The position numbers and the translations under genes were made by a program. Shown here one piece after another: positions 8,539 to 16,523 of a DNA stretch of 64,000 nt. Position 1 is the stretch's first letter; each line of letters begins with the position of its first letter. This DNA is from Pseudomonadales bacterium (lineage in GTDB: Bacteria; Pseudomonadota; Gammaproteobacteria; Pseudomonadales; Azotimanducaceae), in the NCBI GenBank assembly GCA_036381275.1, contig DASVDC010000128.1, positions 18,667 to 82,666 of the forward strand, in the 5' to 3' direction. The notes below the pieces were generated by a model. That model ran no database searches. It was not told where the DNA came from and saw only the letters and a list, made by a program, of their open reading frames with translations.

Positions 8539-10211
8539 GCCGGCGCACTACGCCTCGCCATCGGCCAATCGACACGGGGAAGACCTCGAGGCGAATCGCC
8601 GGGATCCTGCTCGTGCCGCTGGCGTTCGCCGCGACGGTGCCGTCGGCGTCAGCGGCCGCGACAGCTCCGCCCGAGCTGATCCAACAGATCGAGCGGGACC
8701 TCACCACGCTCGGCTATGACCCCGGCCCCGTCGACGGGTCGCTCGACAGCCGGACGCAGCTCGCCATCGCCCGATTCGAAGCCGCGAGCGGCCTGCCTTT
8801 CAGCGGGCAGCCGAGCTTCGAGCTCGCGTTTGCACTGCGCAAGGCCATCGCAGCGGGTGCGCAGACGGCGAATGCGACACCGGCCGCCGCGCCAGCCGCA
8901 TCGGGTCCTGCGAAGGCCCCGCCAGTTGCCACTCCCGCGAGCCAGGCGACCGCCGGCGACTTCGCGCGGATGGCCACGGAGTGCGAGTCGCGGGCCGCGG
9001 CCGATCATCGCTTCCGTGCGTGCGCGATGCTCTGTCGACGTGCCGCTGACAACCCGGTGCCGATCCCGGAACCGGGCCGGCCCGCCACCACCGTCGTGAA
9101 CATGGGCGCCGCTACCGCCGCGTTGCAATGCCCGCAGCAATACGAGTCGGCGGTCGCCCTCGTCCGGCAGGAAGCCGAGGCCGCAGCGGCCGAGGAAGCG
9201 AAGCTCGCCGCGGTGGATCGTTCCGCCGTCGGCGCCCCGGGACCCGGCGACTACGTGTACGCCTACGAGTACGGTCCTCACCTCAGGATCGAGGCGCCGA
9301 ACGCGCGGCTGCGCGCGATCAAGGTACCGAGCCATGCGGGCAAGCCGCGCTTCGGTTACGCGGACACGCTCGGCGTGGAAGACCGTTTCAAGAGGAACAC
9401 CCTGAGCGCCGAACAGATTGCCGCCTACAAGCAGCGCCTCGAAGAGATGCGCCTGCACCGCACCGCGTATGCGCTGCTGGTGGCGATCCGGCTCCTCGAA
9501 CCGCGCCTGCGCGACACCGACCGTTCGACGATGTACGTCGGCGGCGCGCTGGACAGGAGCAGCCCGCAGCAGGCCGAGGAGTACCAGGCGCGTCTCTTGG
9601 TGCACGCCCTTGCGGCCATCGCCACCGGCCCCGACAGCTACGGCGACTACTTCTGCGGGCCGGGAACGCAGCGCTGCCATCCGCCCACGCCCGGGATGGC
9701 CATCGGCATCGGCTGGGGCGGCGCCAGGGCGGACGAATTCGCGCAGCGCGATGCGTTCCAGACCTTCATGCGCCGCGAGTTCGACGAGCTGCTCCGATGG
9801 TCGCAGAGCGTGCCGCGCGATGCCGTGATGGTCTCGCTGGCCACCATCGGCGAATACGATTTCGACAACGGCCGGTTCACCGGCGCGTTGCACCGAGGGA
9901 TGCAGAACCGGGATCTGGTGGGTCTCGGGTCGTCACCGCTGCTGGCGCTGCGGCCGGCCGACGGCGAATCGATCAGACAGGGTACCTTCGACCTCCCGAT
10001 GCCGATCGATGAGGCGCGCTCACTCCGTGAGCGGCTGAAATCGGGTCACAACGTGCTCTACGCCGTTGCCCCGATCCGCTTCGGCGCGGCCACGCTGGAG
10101 CCCTTCCGCAGCGCCACGCTCGATTACGAGATGATCGGCTCGCGCGTGAAGCTCTACTTCGACGAAGCGCTCACCGAGGAGCTCGCCGAGGTCAGCGTGA
10201 TCTGGCGTTGA
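8535..10211 (+). CDS. secreted PG_binding_1 domain protein with large uncharacterised C-terminal region
   Basis: ATG 8535 overlaps the upstream TGA (ATGA). Signal-like N-terminus, then a PG-binding module paralogous to the previous gene (LTTLGYDPGPVDGSLDSRTQLAIARFEAASGLPFSG). The ORF-track start at 8310 would overlap the upstream gene and was rejected. Confidence 0.7.
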   Translation: MSRRTTPRHRPIDTGKTSRRIAGILLVPLAFAATVPSASAAATAPPELIQQIERDLTTLGYDPGPVDGSLDSRTQLAIARFEAASGLPFSGQPSFELAFALRKAIAAGAQTANATPAAAPAASGPAKAPPVATPASQATAGDFARMATECESRAAADHRFRACAMLCRRAADNPVPIPEPGRPATTVVNMGAATAALQCPQQYESAVALVRQEAEAAAAEEAKLAAVDRSAVGAPGPGDYVYAYEYGPHLRIEAPNARLRAIKVPSHAGKPRFGYADTLGVEDRFKRNTLSAEQIAAYKQRLEEMRLHRTAYALLVAIRLLEPRLRDTDRSTMYVGGALDRSSPQQAEEYQARLLVHALAAIATGPDSYGDYFCGPGTQRCHPPTPGMAIGIGWGGARADEFAQRDAFQTFMRREFDELLRWSQSVPRDAVMVSLATIGEYDFDNGRFTGALHRGMQNRDLVGLGSSPLLALRPADGESIRQGTFDLPMPIDEARSLRERLKSGHNVLYAVAPIRFGAATLEPFRSATLDYEMIGSRVKLYFDEALTEELAEVSVIWR

Positions 10212-10218
10212 CAGCGAA

Positions 10219-10689
10219 TTGCTCGATGGCGCTTCGCGTTCTCGGTCCGAGAACACCATCCACAGGCTCGCCGGCGCGTTGCTCGTGCCCATACCTCTGA
10301 TGATCACGGCCGGGATCTCGAACGTGTTCGGGCAGGATCCATCGCGCAGAGTTCTCTCATTCATCTTATCGAGCCTGCTCGTGCTGGCGGCCGCTCTGGC
10401 GTTTTTCATGCGCGTTTCGATCCCCCCAGGCAGAAGCAGCGGACGACAAGTTATTTTCCTTGTTTACCACGCAGCGCCTGCGTTCGTCCACCGGACGAGT
10501 ACACAAAGGGGCAAAGCCGAAGCTATTGGAGACGAGAAAAGGTCGAGCCGATGCTCACCGCCGACCGCGCAGCGCGAAGCGTTCCGGACCTTCATGCGCC
10601 GGGAATTCGTCGAGCGGCTCCGGTGGTCGGAGAGTAATCGGCTCCCGCGACGGAGCGCTCACCGAGAAGTCAGCGCGGCCACCACCTGA
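10219..10689 (+). pseudogene. possible decayed paralogue remnant / doubtful ORF
   Basis: Lower-GC stretch. Its 3' part (REAFRTFMRREFVERLRWSE) duplicates an internal segment of the upstream gene (RDAFQTFMRREFDELLRWSQ). There is no convincing start or RBS, and it overlaps the 3' end of the convergent gene. Confidence 0.3.
10567..10636 (+). repeat. 70-nt diverged direct copy of 9741..9810
   Basis: Hand alignment gives 60/70 identical bases with no gaps to the coding segment 9741..9810 of the upstream PG-binding gene. Confidence 0.75.
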
Positions 10690-11183
10690 TCGACGACGGC
10701 CTCGGCCTTCGCCCGCATCTCGTCGTCCGTCGCGTCCTGGATCGGATGCGCGACGAACACCCGCCGCGCGTCGGTCATGCCGAGCGCCTTCGCCTGAGTC
10801 TCCGCCGCATCCACGAACTCGCTGGAGGCGATGCTCACCGCCGGCCGGCCGTGGATCTCGAAGTACACCGTGTCATGCAAACTGCACGTGGTGCACGATC
10901 CTCAGTCGGCGAGTGCCTCCACCACGAAATCCGCCTCCTCGACGATGCGCCGGCGCAGGTCGTCCGGTGCCGGCTTCGTGAAGGTGGGCTTCGCGTAGCG
11001 TTTGATCGTCACCTCCGGGGCGCGCTCGGCCAGCAGCTCCGCGAGCCGGTCGAGCAGCACGTTGCCGCGCGGCTTCGAGATGTCGAGCAGCGCCACGACG
11101 CCGCCGAGGCGCTGCGGCCGCGGCGTGATCGAGCGGGTCACCGGAACGCGCTCGTCCGTCGGGTCGAGAATCGTTGTCGTCAT
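10659..11183 (-). CDS. candidate selenoprotein with U-G-S-C-x-x-C motif (UGSC-type), in-frame TGA at 10902..10904
   Basis: ORFs 10902..11183 and 10659..10880 share one frame and are separated only by TGA plus 7 sense codons. Readthrough gives ...EALAD-U-GSCTTCSLHDTVYFEIHG... (174 aa). The downstream piece lacks an ATG/GTG start or an SD. A hairpin lies just 3' of the UGA. The ATG overlaps the upstream stop (ATGA). Confidence 0.6.
10853..10901 (-). promoter_or_regulatory. SECIS-like stem-loop immediately 3' of the in-frame UGA
   Basis: At mRNA +4..+52 from the UGA: GGAUC/GAUCC (5 bp), GUGCACC/GGUGUAC (7 bp, one G-U), CGUGC/GCAUG (5 bp, one G-U), and apical loop AGUUU at +22..+26. Folded by hand only. 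Confidence 0.45.
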
Positions 11184-12763
11184 CGAGCCTCCCTGATCTT
11201 CACCGAGACCGGCTGCGAGCCGATCTCACCCGTTGCCCAGCCGTGGAACGCGCCGGAGAACTTGCCCGCTTCGGCGCCGGCCACGACGATGTGAATGTCT
11301 TCTTCCCGGCGGAACTTGGGCAGCTCGCGGCCGAGCTGCTCCGCCGTCATCCGCTCCGCCGCCTCCTTCGGCACACCCGACCCGGACGTTTCGTCCTGCA
11401 CCAGCTCGCGCAGCGGCCGGCGCGTCACCTGCTGGATCCGCGCGCGGAGCTCCGCTTTGCCCCACCCGTCGCGGTGCAACGTGTCGACGTGCTCCGGGCA
11501 GACGACCAGCAGCGCGTCGGTGGTGTAGTGCAGCTTCGGCGCGAACGCCGACTCGAGACAGAGCCCGAACGTGCCGGCGAGCTGCGCGGCGCTGCGCGAC
11601 TGCTGATCGACGAGCTGCACCGGGCCGCTGGTCATCGCGAACGCGGTGACCACGGAATCGTCCGGCGCGAACCCCCGCTCGACGTGCAGCGGCGTCCAGG
11701 GGCTGCGCTCTTCCCACTCCGCGAAGCACATCGTGAACTTCATCGGATTGCCGAGCGTGGACCGTTCGGTGCCGCCCGGGCGCGCCCCGCCGACGTTGCG
11801 CAGCACCAGGCGCAGCGCGCGGCCGATCGTCGCGTTGGCGCGATTGCCCTGACCGAGCGCGCCGAGCTTCATGTTCATGCCGATGCGGTGCCGGATCGGG
11901 CCGTTCACGACCAGCACCGGGCTCGCGCCCATCGTGGTGGCCATCACCCCGTGCGCGTTGAACGTGTCCGTGCAGACCGCCTCGAGCGCCGCGAGCACCA
12001 CCGGCAGGTACTCCGGGCGGCAGCCGGCCATCACCGCGTTGATCGCGACCTTCTCGACCGTGACCTCCGCCATGTTCGGCGGCACCACGGCGATCACTTC
12101 CTGCGGGTCGCGGTCCGTGCCCGAGAGCATCCGCAGCACCCGTTCCGGCGTCGGCGGCACCACCGGCAGCCCGTCCGTCAGACCCTGATCGAACAGGAAC
12201 TCGTGCTCGTCGTCCTGCGCGCCGATCTCGATGCGCCGCGCCCGGAGCGGGCTGTTGGCGGCCGCCGCACGCAGCCGCTCGGCCACCAGCGGATCGGCCG
12301 ACGCGGAGCCGCAGCCGGGCTGCCACGCGGGCAGCGCCGCCCAGTGACACTCCGGTTCGGGAACTTGGAGCTCACTCGCCAGATCGGCGGCGAAAGCCTG
12401 CCATTCCTCCCGCACGAACCCGACCAGCGTGCGCCGACGCGCACCCTGCGCGTCCGTCACGACCAGGGTCGGCACGATCTCGACGTCCCAGCGGAACGAG
12501 ACCGTCAGATCGGCGTCGTCCAGCACCGCGCCGCCGCCCATCTTCTGCTCGAGCAACGCGTTGTCGGCGCCGCTCTGGCCCACCACCAGAAACGGCAGCG
12601 CCGCGCCGAATGCGCGCTGCCACGAACCGAGCAACGGCAGCACCGTCTCGCAGGTCGGGCAGTCCTTCTTCACGAAGCAGACGACGGTGGGCTCGCGGCC
12701 GGTGAAGGTGTGCTCCTCCCCGTGGCCGTCGCGGAGCGTGAACGCCGGCGCTGCGTCAGGCAT
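11180..12763 (-). CDS. thioredoxin-fold (redoxin-like, CPTC) protein fused to a large uncharacterised domain
   Basis: The N-terminus AFTLRDGHGEEHTFTGREPTVVCFVKKDCPTCETVLPLL looks TlpA/AhpC-TSA-like. The remaining ~390 aa (GLTDGLPVVPPT, AINAVMAGCRPEYLP, GNRANATIGRALRL) is not assignable by me. It overlaps both neighbours (8 nt and 4 nt). Confidence 0.8.
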   Translation of the reverse strand: MPDAAPAFTLRDGHGEEHTFTGREPTVVCFVKKDCPTCETVLPLLGSWQRAFGAALPFLVVGQSGADNALLEQKMGGGAVLDDADLTVSFRWDVEIVPTLVVTDAQGARRRTLVGFVREEWQAFAADLASELQVPEPECHWAALPAWQPGCGSASADPLVAERLRAAAANSPLRARRIEIGAQDDEHEFLFDQGLTDGLPVVPPTPERVLRMLSGTDRDPQEVIAVVPPNMAEVTVEKVAINAVMAGCRPEYLPVVLAALEAVCTDTFNAHGVMATTMGASPVLVVNGPIRHRIGMNMKLGALGQGNRANATIGRALRLVLRNVGGARPGGTERSTLGNPMKFTMCFAEWEERSPWTPLHVERGFAPDDSVVTAFAMTSGPVQLVDQQSRSAAQLAGTFGLCLESAFAPKLHYTTDALLVVCPEHVDTLHRDGWGKAELRARIQQVTRRPLRELVQDETSGSGVPKEAAERMTAEQLGRELPKFRREEDIHIVVAGAEAGKFSGAFHGWATGEIGSQPVSVKIREAR

Positions 12764-13541
12764 GCATCGCCTCCAGCGCCTTCAACATGCGCTTCAACGC
12801 GAAATGCCGGTAGCTCTCCTCGATCAGCGCCCCCACCTCCGGCCAGATCACGCCGTCCTCGGCGTCCAGCGAGATCCAGCCGTTGTGGCCGATGTAGCTC
12901 GGGATCCGGTAGCGCTCGTCCATCGTGAGCTGCGTCTGCCGCTCGGGGCCCACCCAGAACTGCAGCTCGAGCCGCCGGCGATACCGGTGCGCGGTGCAGA
13001 AGGTCTTCTTGCCGGCACGCCAGCAGGGGTTGCCGAACTGGACGGCCTCGGTGACCTCGGGCAGCCTCAGGCAGCGCTCCCGCACGCCGGCGATGATTTC
13101 CTGCGCGCGTGGCGCCGACAGCGGGTCGAATTCTTCGGGATCCACGGTCGCCTGCGGCGGCTCGATATCCTTCGGTGGACCCATGCGGGCCACCAGCTCC
13201 GGCGGCGCGGAGAACGCATACGCCTCCCGCACCAGCGCGCCGATGCGCCGCCAATCGAGCCCACGGTCGAGGTGCACGCCGAGCCAGCCCCGCGGGCCCA
13301 CGTACGGCGGCACGAAGAAGTGCTCCGGCTCGGCCTCCACGTACAGTTGCTGGGCGCCCGGCGGCATGTTGAGCAACAGCGCGATGCGCCCGTCGCCGTG
13401 GTGGTTCACCGTGTACGTCGCGAAGGTGCGCTTGCCGACGCGGAAGTCCGGCATGCCGTGCGACGGCACTTCGCGGGCCTCCGGCAGCCCGAGGCACAGC
13501 TCGCGAACGGCATCGCTGATGGTCTTCCTGCGCTTCGCCAC
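12756..13541 (-). CDS. tandem MmcQ/YjbR-family domain protein
   Basis: Two repeats of the YjbR-like pattern (LPEAREVPSHGMPDFRVGKRTFA...PPYVGPRGWLGVHL and LPEVTEAVQFGNPCWRAGKKTFC...PSYIGHNGWISLD). 261 aa. Confidence 0.8.
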   Translation of the reverse strand: MAKRRKTISDAVRELCLGLPEAREVPSHGMPDFRVGKRTFATYTVNHHGDGRIALLLNMPPGAQQLYVEAEPEHFFVPPYVGPRGWLGVHLDRGLDWRRIGALVREAYAFSAPPELVARMGPPKDIEPPQATVDPEEFDPLSAPRAQEIIAGVRERCLRLPEVTEAVQFGNPCWRAGKKTFCTAHRYRRRLELQFWVGPERQTQLTMDERYRIPSYIGHNGWISLDAEDGVIWPEVGALIEESYRHFALKRMLKALEAMHA

Positions 13542-13641
13542 GTCAGCCGGCCTCCCCGAACTCGTAGGCCAAGCCTACTGCGTGGCGGCGCGCCGGAACA
13601 GGCCGCGCAGCGCTTCCGTCACCCGCCGCCGTGGCGGGCCG

Positions 13642-14112
13642 TCATGCCGGATGGCCGTAGTGTCCGTGGCGGGCGCCGTGCATCAGCCGGCGGAAATCGT
13701 CGCCGCTGATCGCGAGCAGCGTCGCCCGGTCACCGCTTTCGGCATAGATCCGATCCCGCTCCAGCAGACTCTCGTCCACCAGCACGTCGAGCCCGTACGC
13801 CTGCCCGAACGGCGGCACCGCGCCGCGGTCGCAGTCGGCGAAGATGTGCTCGACTTCGTCTTCCGTCGCGAGCCCGTAGGTATCACCGAGCTCTCTGCGC
13901 AACTCGCCGAGGTGAATCTGCTCGGTCGCCGGCAGCACCACCATCGTGCAGTGGTCGCTGTTCTCGATCACCACCCCTTTCGCGAGGTTTGCGCCCGGAA
14001 CGTGGGCCGCCTGCGCTTTCCCGGAGCTGGTTCCCGCCGGCGCGTGGGGCACGAGCTGGTAGGCGATGCCGTTCTGTTCGAGCAGCGCGCGCAGCTTGGT
14101 GGCAATGGGCAT
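13642..14112 (-). CDS. YbaK/EbsC-type aminoacyl-tRNA editing (deacylase) domain protein
   Basis: Sequence pattern KGVVIENSDHCTMVVLPA...HLGELRRELG...GAVPPFG is typical of the YbaK/ProX family. 156 aa. Confidence 0.75.
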   Translation of the reverse strand: MPIATKLRALLEQNGIAYQLVPHAPAGTSSGKAQAAHVPGANLAKGVVIENSDHCTMVVLPATEQIHLGELRRELGDTYGLATEDEVEHIFADCDRGAVPPFGQAYGLDVLVDESLLERDRIYAESGDRATLLAISGDDFRRLMHGARHGHYGHPA

Positions 14113-14181
14113 CTCGTCCTCCTCGGCTCACGATGAGCCGCTCCTGCCAATCGACGTCGGCCGGCCGCCGTCGCGGGGCGC

Positions 14182-14415
14182 TCATTGCCGGTCGACGAAA
14201 CCGCTCTTGCCCGCCGCTTCCGCGCAATGCGCACAGCAGTAGATGTCGCTGCCGGCCTGCAGCCCGTGGCCGATCACGCGGGTGCTGCAGGTGGCGCAGC
14301 GCGGCGCGAGCCTCTCGATCGCGCATTCGAAGCAATCGAACACGTGGGGCCCTTCGTCGCCCAGGGTGATGGTGAGCGCCCGGTCGTAGTCGTTTCCGCA
14401 GACCTCACATTGCAT
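14182..14415 (-). CDS. small Cys-rich putative metal-binding protein
   Basis: 77 aa containing CEVCGN, FDCFECAI, PRCATC and YCCAHCA motifs (10 Cys). I recall this as a recurrent small-protein family but without a name. Confidence 0.6.
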   Translation of the reverse strand: MQCEVCGNDYDRALTITLGDEGPHVFDCFECAIERLAPRCATCSTRVIGHGLQAGSDIYCCAHCAEAAGKSGFVDRQ

Positions 14416-14659
14416 GCTTCCCCCTGACGCGGTCGAACGGCTTGGGGAACGCTGCGGTGCAACATCCGTACCGCGGCCGCACCATCACGCGACCTTGCGG
14501 ACCCGTGGGACGGCGCGCGACCGCCACGTGCGAGGCGCCCGCATTTCTTACGCGCGTCCGGAAAATTCACTCGGGCCGGCACGATTCGCGCCCGCCGGCG
14601 CTCTCGCTTATGATCAGCCGCGGCCGGACGAGCGGCCGCAGAACAAACGGGGGAGGCGC

Positions 14660-15835
14660 ATGAGCCGGCAGGACCGCATTGCCGAGATCGCAGAACGTTA
14701 CGTCGCCGCAGGCAGCTACAGCGGTATCGAGTGGCTGGTCGAGCACAACGGCGAGCGGCTCGCGGAGGGCCGGACCGGGTACGCCGACCCCGAGCGCCGC
14801 ACGCCGATTCCGGACCGCGCCATCTACCGGATCTACTCGATGACCAAACCGCTGGTCTCGGTGCTGGCGCTTCAGCTCATCGAGCGCGGGCGGCTGCGCC
14901 TCTACGATCCGATCGCCACGTTCGACCGCCGCTTCGCGCGGCCCCGGGTGCTGCTGCCGAACGGCCAACTCCTGCCGGCCACCCGGCCGATCACCGTCGA
15001 AGACCTGCTCACCCACCGGGCCGGCTTCACCTACGAGTTCATCAGCGGCTGCCACCTGGCGCCGGCGTATCAGCAGAAGCGCATCAGCAGCGACGGCAGG
15101 TGCTCGCTGGACGAGATGATGAGCCGCCTGGCGGAGCTGCCGCTCGCGTTCCAGCCGGGCAGCCAGTTCCGCTACAGCGTCGCCACCGACGTGCTCGCGC
15201 ACGTGCTGGAGCGCGCCACCGAGCGGCCGCTGGACGAGCTGCTCGACGAGCACCTGCTGCGCCCGCTCGGCATGGAAGACACCGGATTCCACGTGCCGAA
15301 GGAGAATCGGGCCCGGCTGATGCCGATCTTCGGCGTGACCGACCTGAGCGAGCTCGCGCCGCTCGAACCGCGGCCGCACGAGCTGACGCCCGCCGACGTC
15401 GAGGACATGTACCCGTGCGACAGCCCCGGCTTCCGGCGCGGCGGGCACGGGCTGTTCTCGACGCTGGCCGATTACGCCCGCTTCGCCCGGATGCTGCTGA
15501 CCGGCCGCACGCCCGACGGCGAGGTGCTGCTGTCGCGCAAGATGCTGGAGATGATGCGCAGCAACCGCATCCCGCCGGAGCAGCTTCCGCTGACCATCGG
15601 TATGCAGCCGCTGCCCGGATACGGCTGGGGCCTCGGCGTGCGGGTGATGATCGACGTCGGCCAGGCGCAGTCGCTGACGGGCGCGGGCGAGATCGGCTGG
15701 GCCGGCGCCGCCAGCACCTACTTCTTCGTCGATCCGCGCGAGCGGCTGACCGGTGTGTTCATGACGCAGTACCTCGGCGGCACGCTGCCGATGACCGACG
15801 ACCTGCGCGCGGCCGCCTACCAGATGATCGAATGA
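14660..15835 (+). CDS. serine hydrolase, beta-lactamase/transpeptidase-like (class C-type)
   Basis: SxxK motif (YSMTKP) near the N-terminus and GGGAGG upstream of ATG 14660. The upstream part of track ORF 14414..15835 is non-coding-looking. Confidence 0.85.
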   Translation: MSRQDRIAEIAERYVAAGSYSGIEWLVEHNGERLAEGRTGYADPERRTPIPDRAIYRIYSMTKPLVSVLALQLIERGRLRLYDPIATFDRRFARPRVLLPNGQLLPATRPITVEDLLTHRAGFTYEFISGCHLAPAYQQKRISSDGRCSLDEMMSRLAELPLAFQPGSQFRYSVATDVLAHVLERATERPLDELLDEHLLRPLGMEDTGFHVPKENRARLMPIFGVTDLSELAPLEPRPHELTPADVEDMYPCDSPGFRRGGHGLFSTLADYARFARMLLTGRTPDGEVLLSRKMLEMMRSNRIPPEQLPLTIGMQPLPGYGWGLGVRVMIDVGQAQSLTGAGEIGWAGAASTYFFVDPRERLTGVFMTQYLGGTLPMTDDLRAAAYQMIE

Positions 15836-15894
15836 TCGGCCGCGGCCCGCCGGGCCGGTTTCCGATTTTCCGACGACCTCGAAAGGAGAAGCAG

Positions 15895-16365
15895 ATGTCC
15901 GAAGCTCTCGAGAAAGCCAAGGCCGCGCTGGAGCAGCGCATCGGCCAGCGCTCCGAGCCGAGCGACTGGTTCCGGATCACCCAGGAGCGGATCAACCAGT
16001 TCGCGGAGGCGACGCTGGACCACCAGTGGATCCACGTCGACCCGGAGCGCGCGAAGAACGGCCCGTTCGGCACCACCATCGCCCACGGCCAGCTCACGAT
16101 GTCCATCATGAGCTTTCTGCCGGGCGGTCGGGGCATCGGCCTGCCGCCGCTCGAAGGGCTGAAGCTCGGGATCAACTACGGCTGGAACAAAGTCCGCTTC
16201 CCGGCACCGGTCCCCGTGAACGCCGAGGTGCGCTCGAGCGGCGTGCTGAAGTCGGTGGAGATCAAGGGCAACATGCTCGAGGTGGTCAACGAGCTGACCC
16301 TCGAGATCAAGGGTCAGGACAAGCCGGGCTGCGTCGCCGAGAGCGTGCTGCGGCTGGTGTTCTGA
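15895..16365 (+). CDS. MaoC-like (R)-specific enoyl-CoA hydratase/dehydratase
   Basis: Hot-dog fold pattern (INQFAEATLDHQWIHVDPERAKNGPFGTTIAHGQLT). AAGGAG RBS. 156 aa. Confidence 0.85.
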   Translation: MSEALEKAKAALEQRIGQRSEPSDWFRITQERINQFAEATLDHQWIHVDPERAKNGPFGTTIAHGQLTMSIMSFLPGGRGIGLPPLEGLKLGINYGWNKVRFPAPVPVNAEVRSSGVLKSVEIKGNMLEVVNELTLEIKGQDKPGCVAESVLRLVF

Positions 16366-16391
16366 TACCGGCCCGAACTGTGGGCGCAACT

Positions 16392-16453
16392 TGTGGGAGC
16401 GGCCTCTGGCCGCGAACTCCGGCCGGCATTCGCGGCCGGAGGCCGCTCCCACA
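16392..16453. repeat. REP-like palindromic element, copy 1
   Basis: Arms TGTGGGAGCGGCCTCTGGCCGCGAA ... TTCGCGGCCGGAGGCCGCTCCCACA. The same element occurs at 45083..45136 and 57623..57683. It lies just downstream of the MaoC stop. Confidence 0.85.
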
Positions 16454-16523
16454 CTTCCACGACCCTATCGATTCCGCCGGCCGATGCCGCTAAAGTCGGT
16501 GGATCGCCTGTGAGGGAGGACCG

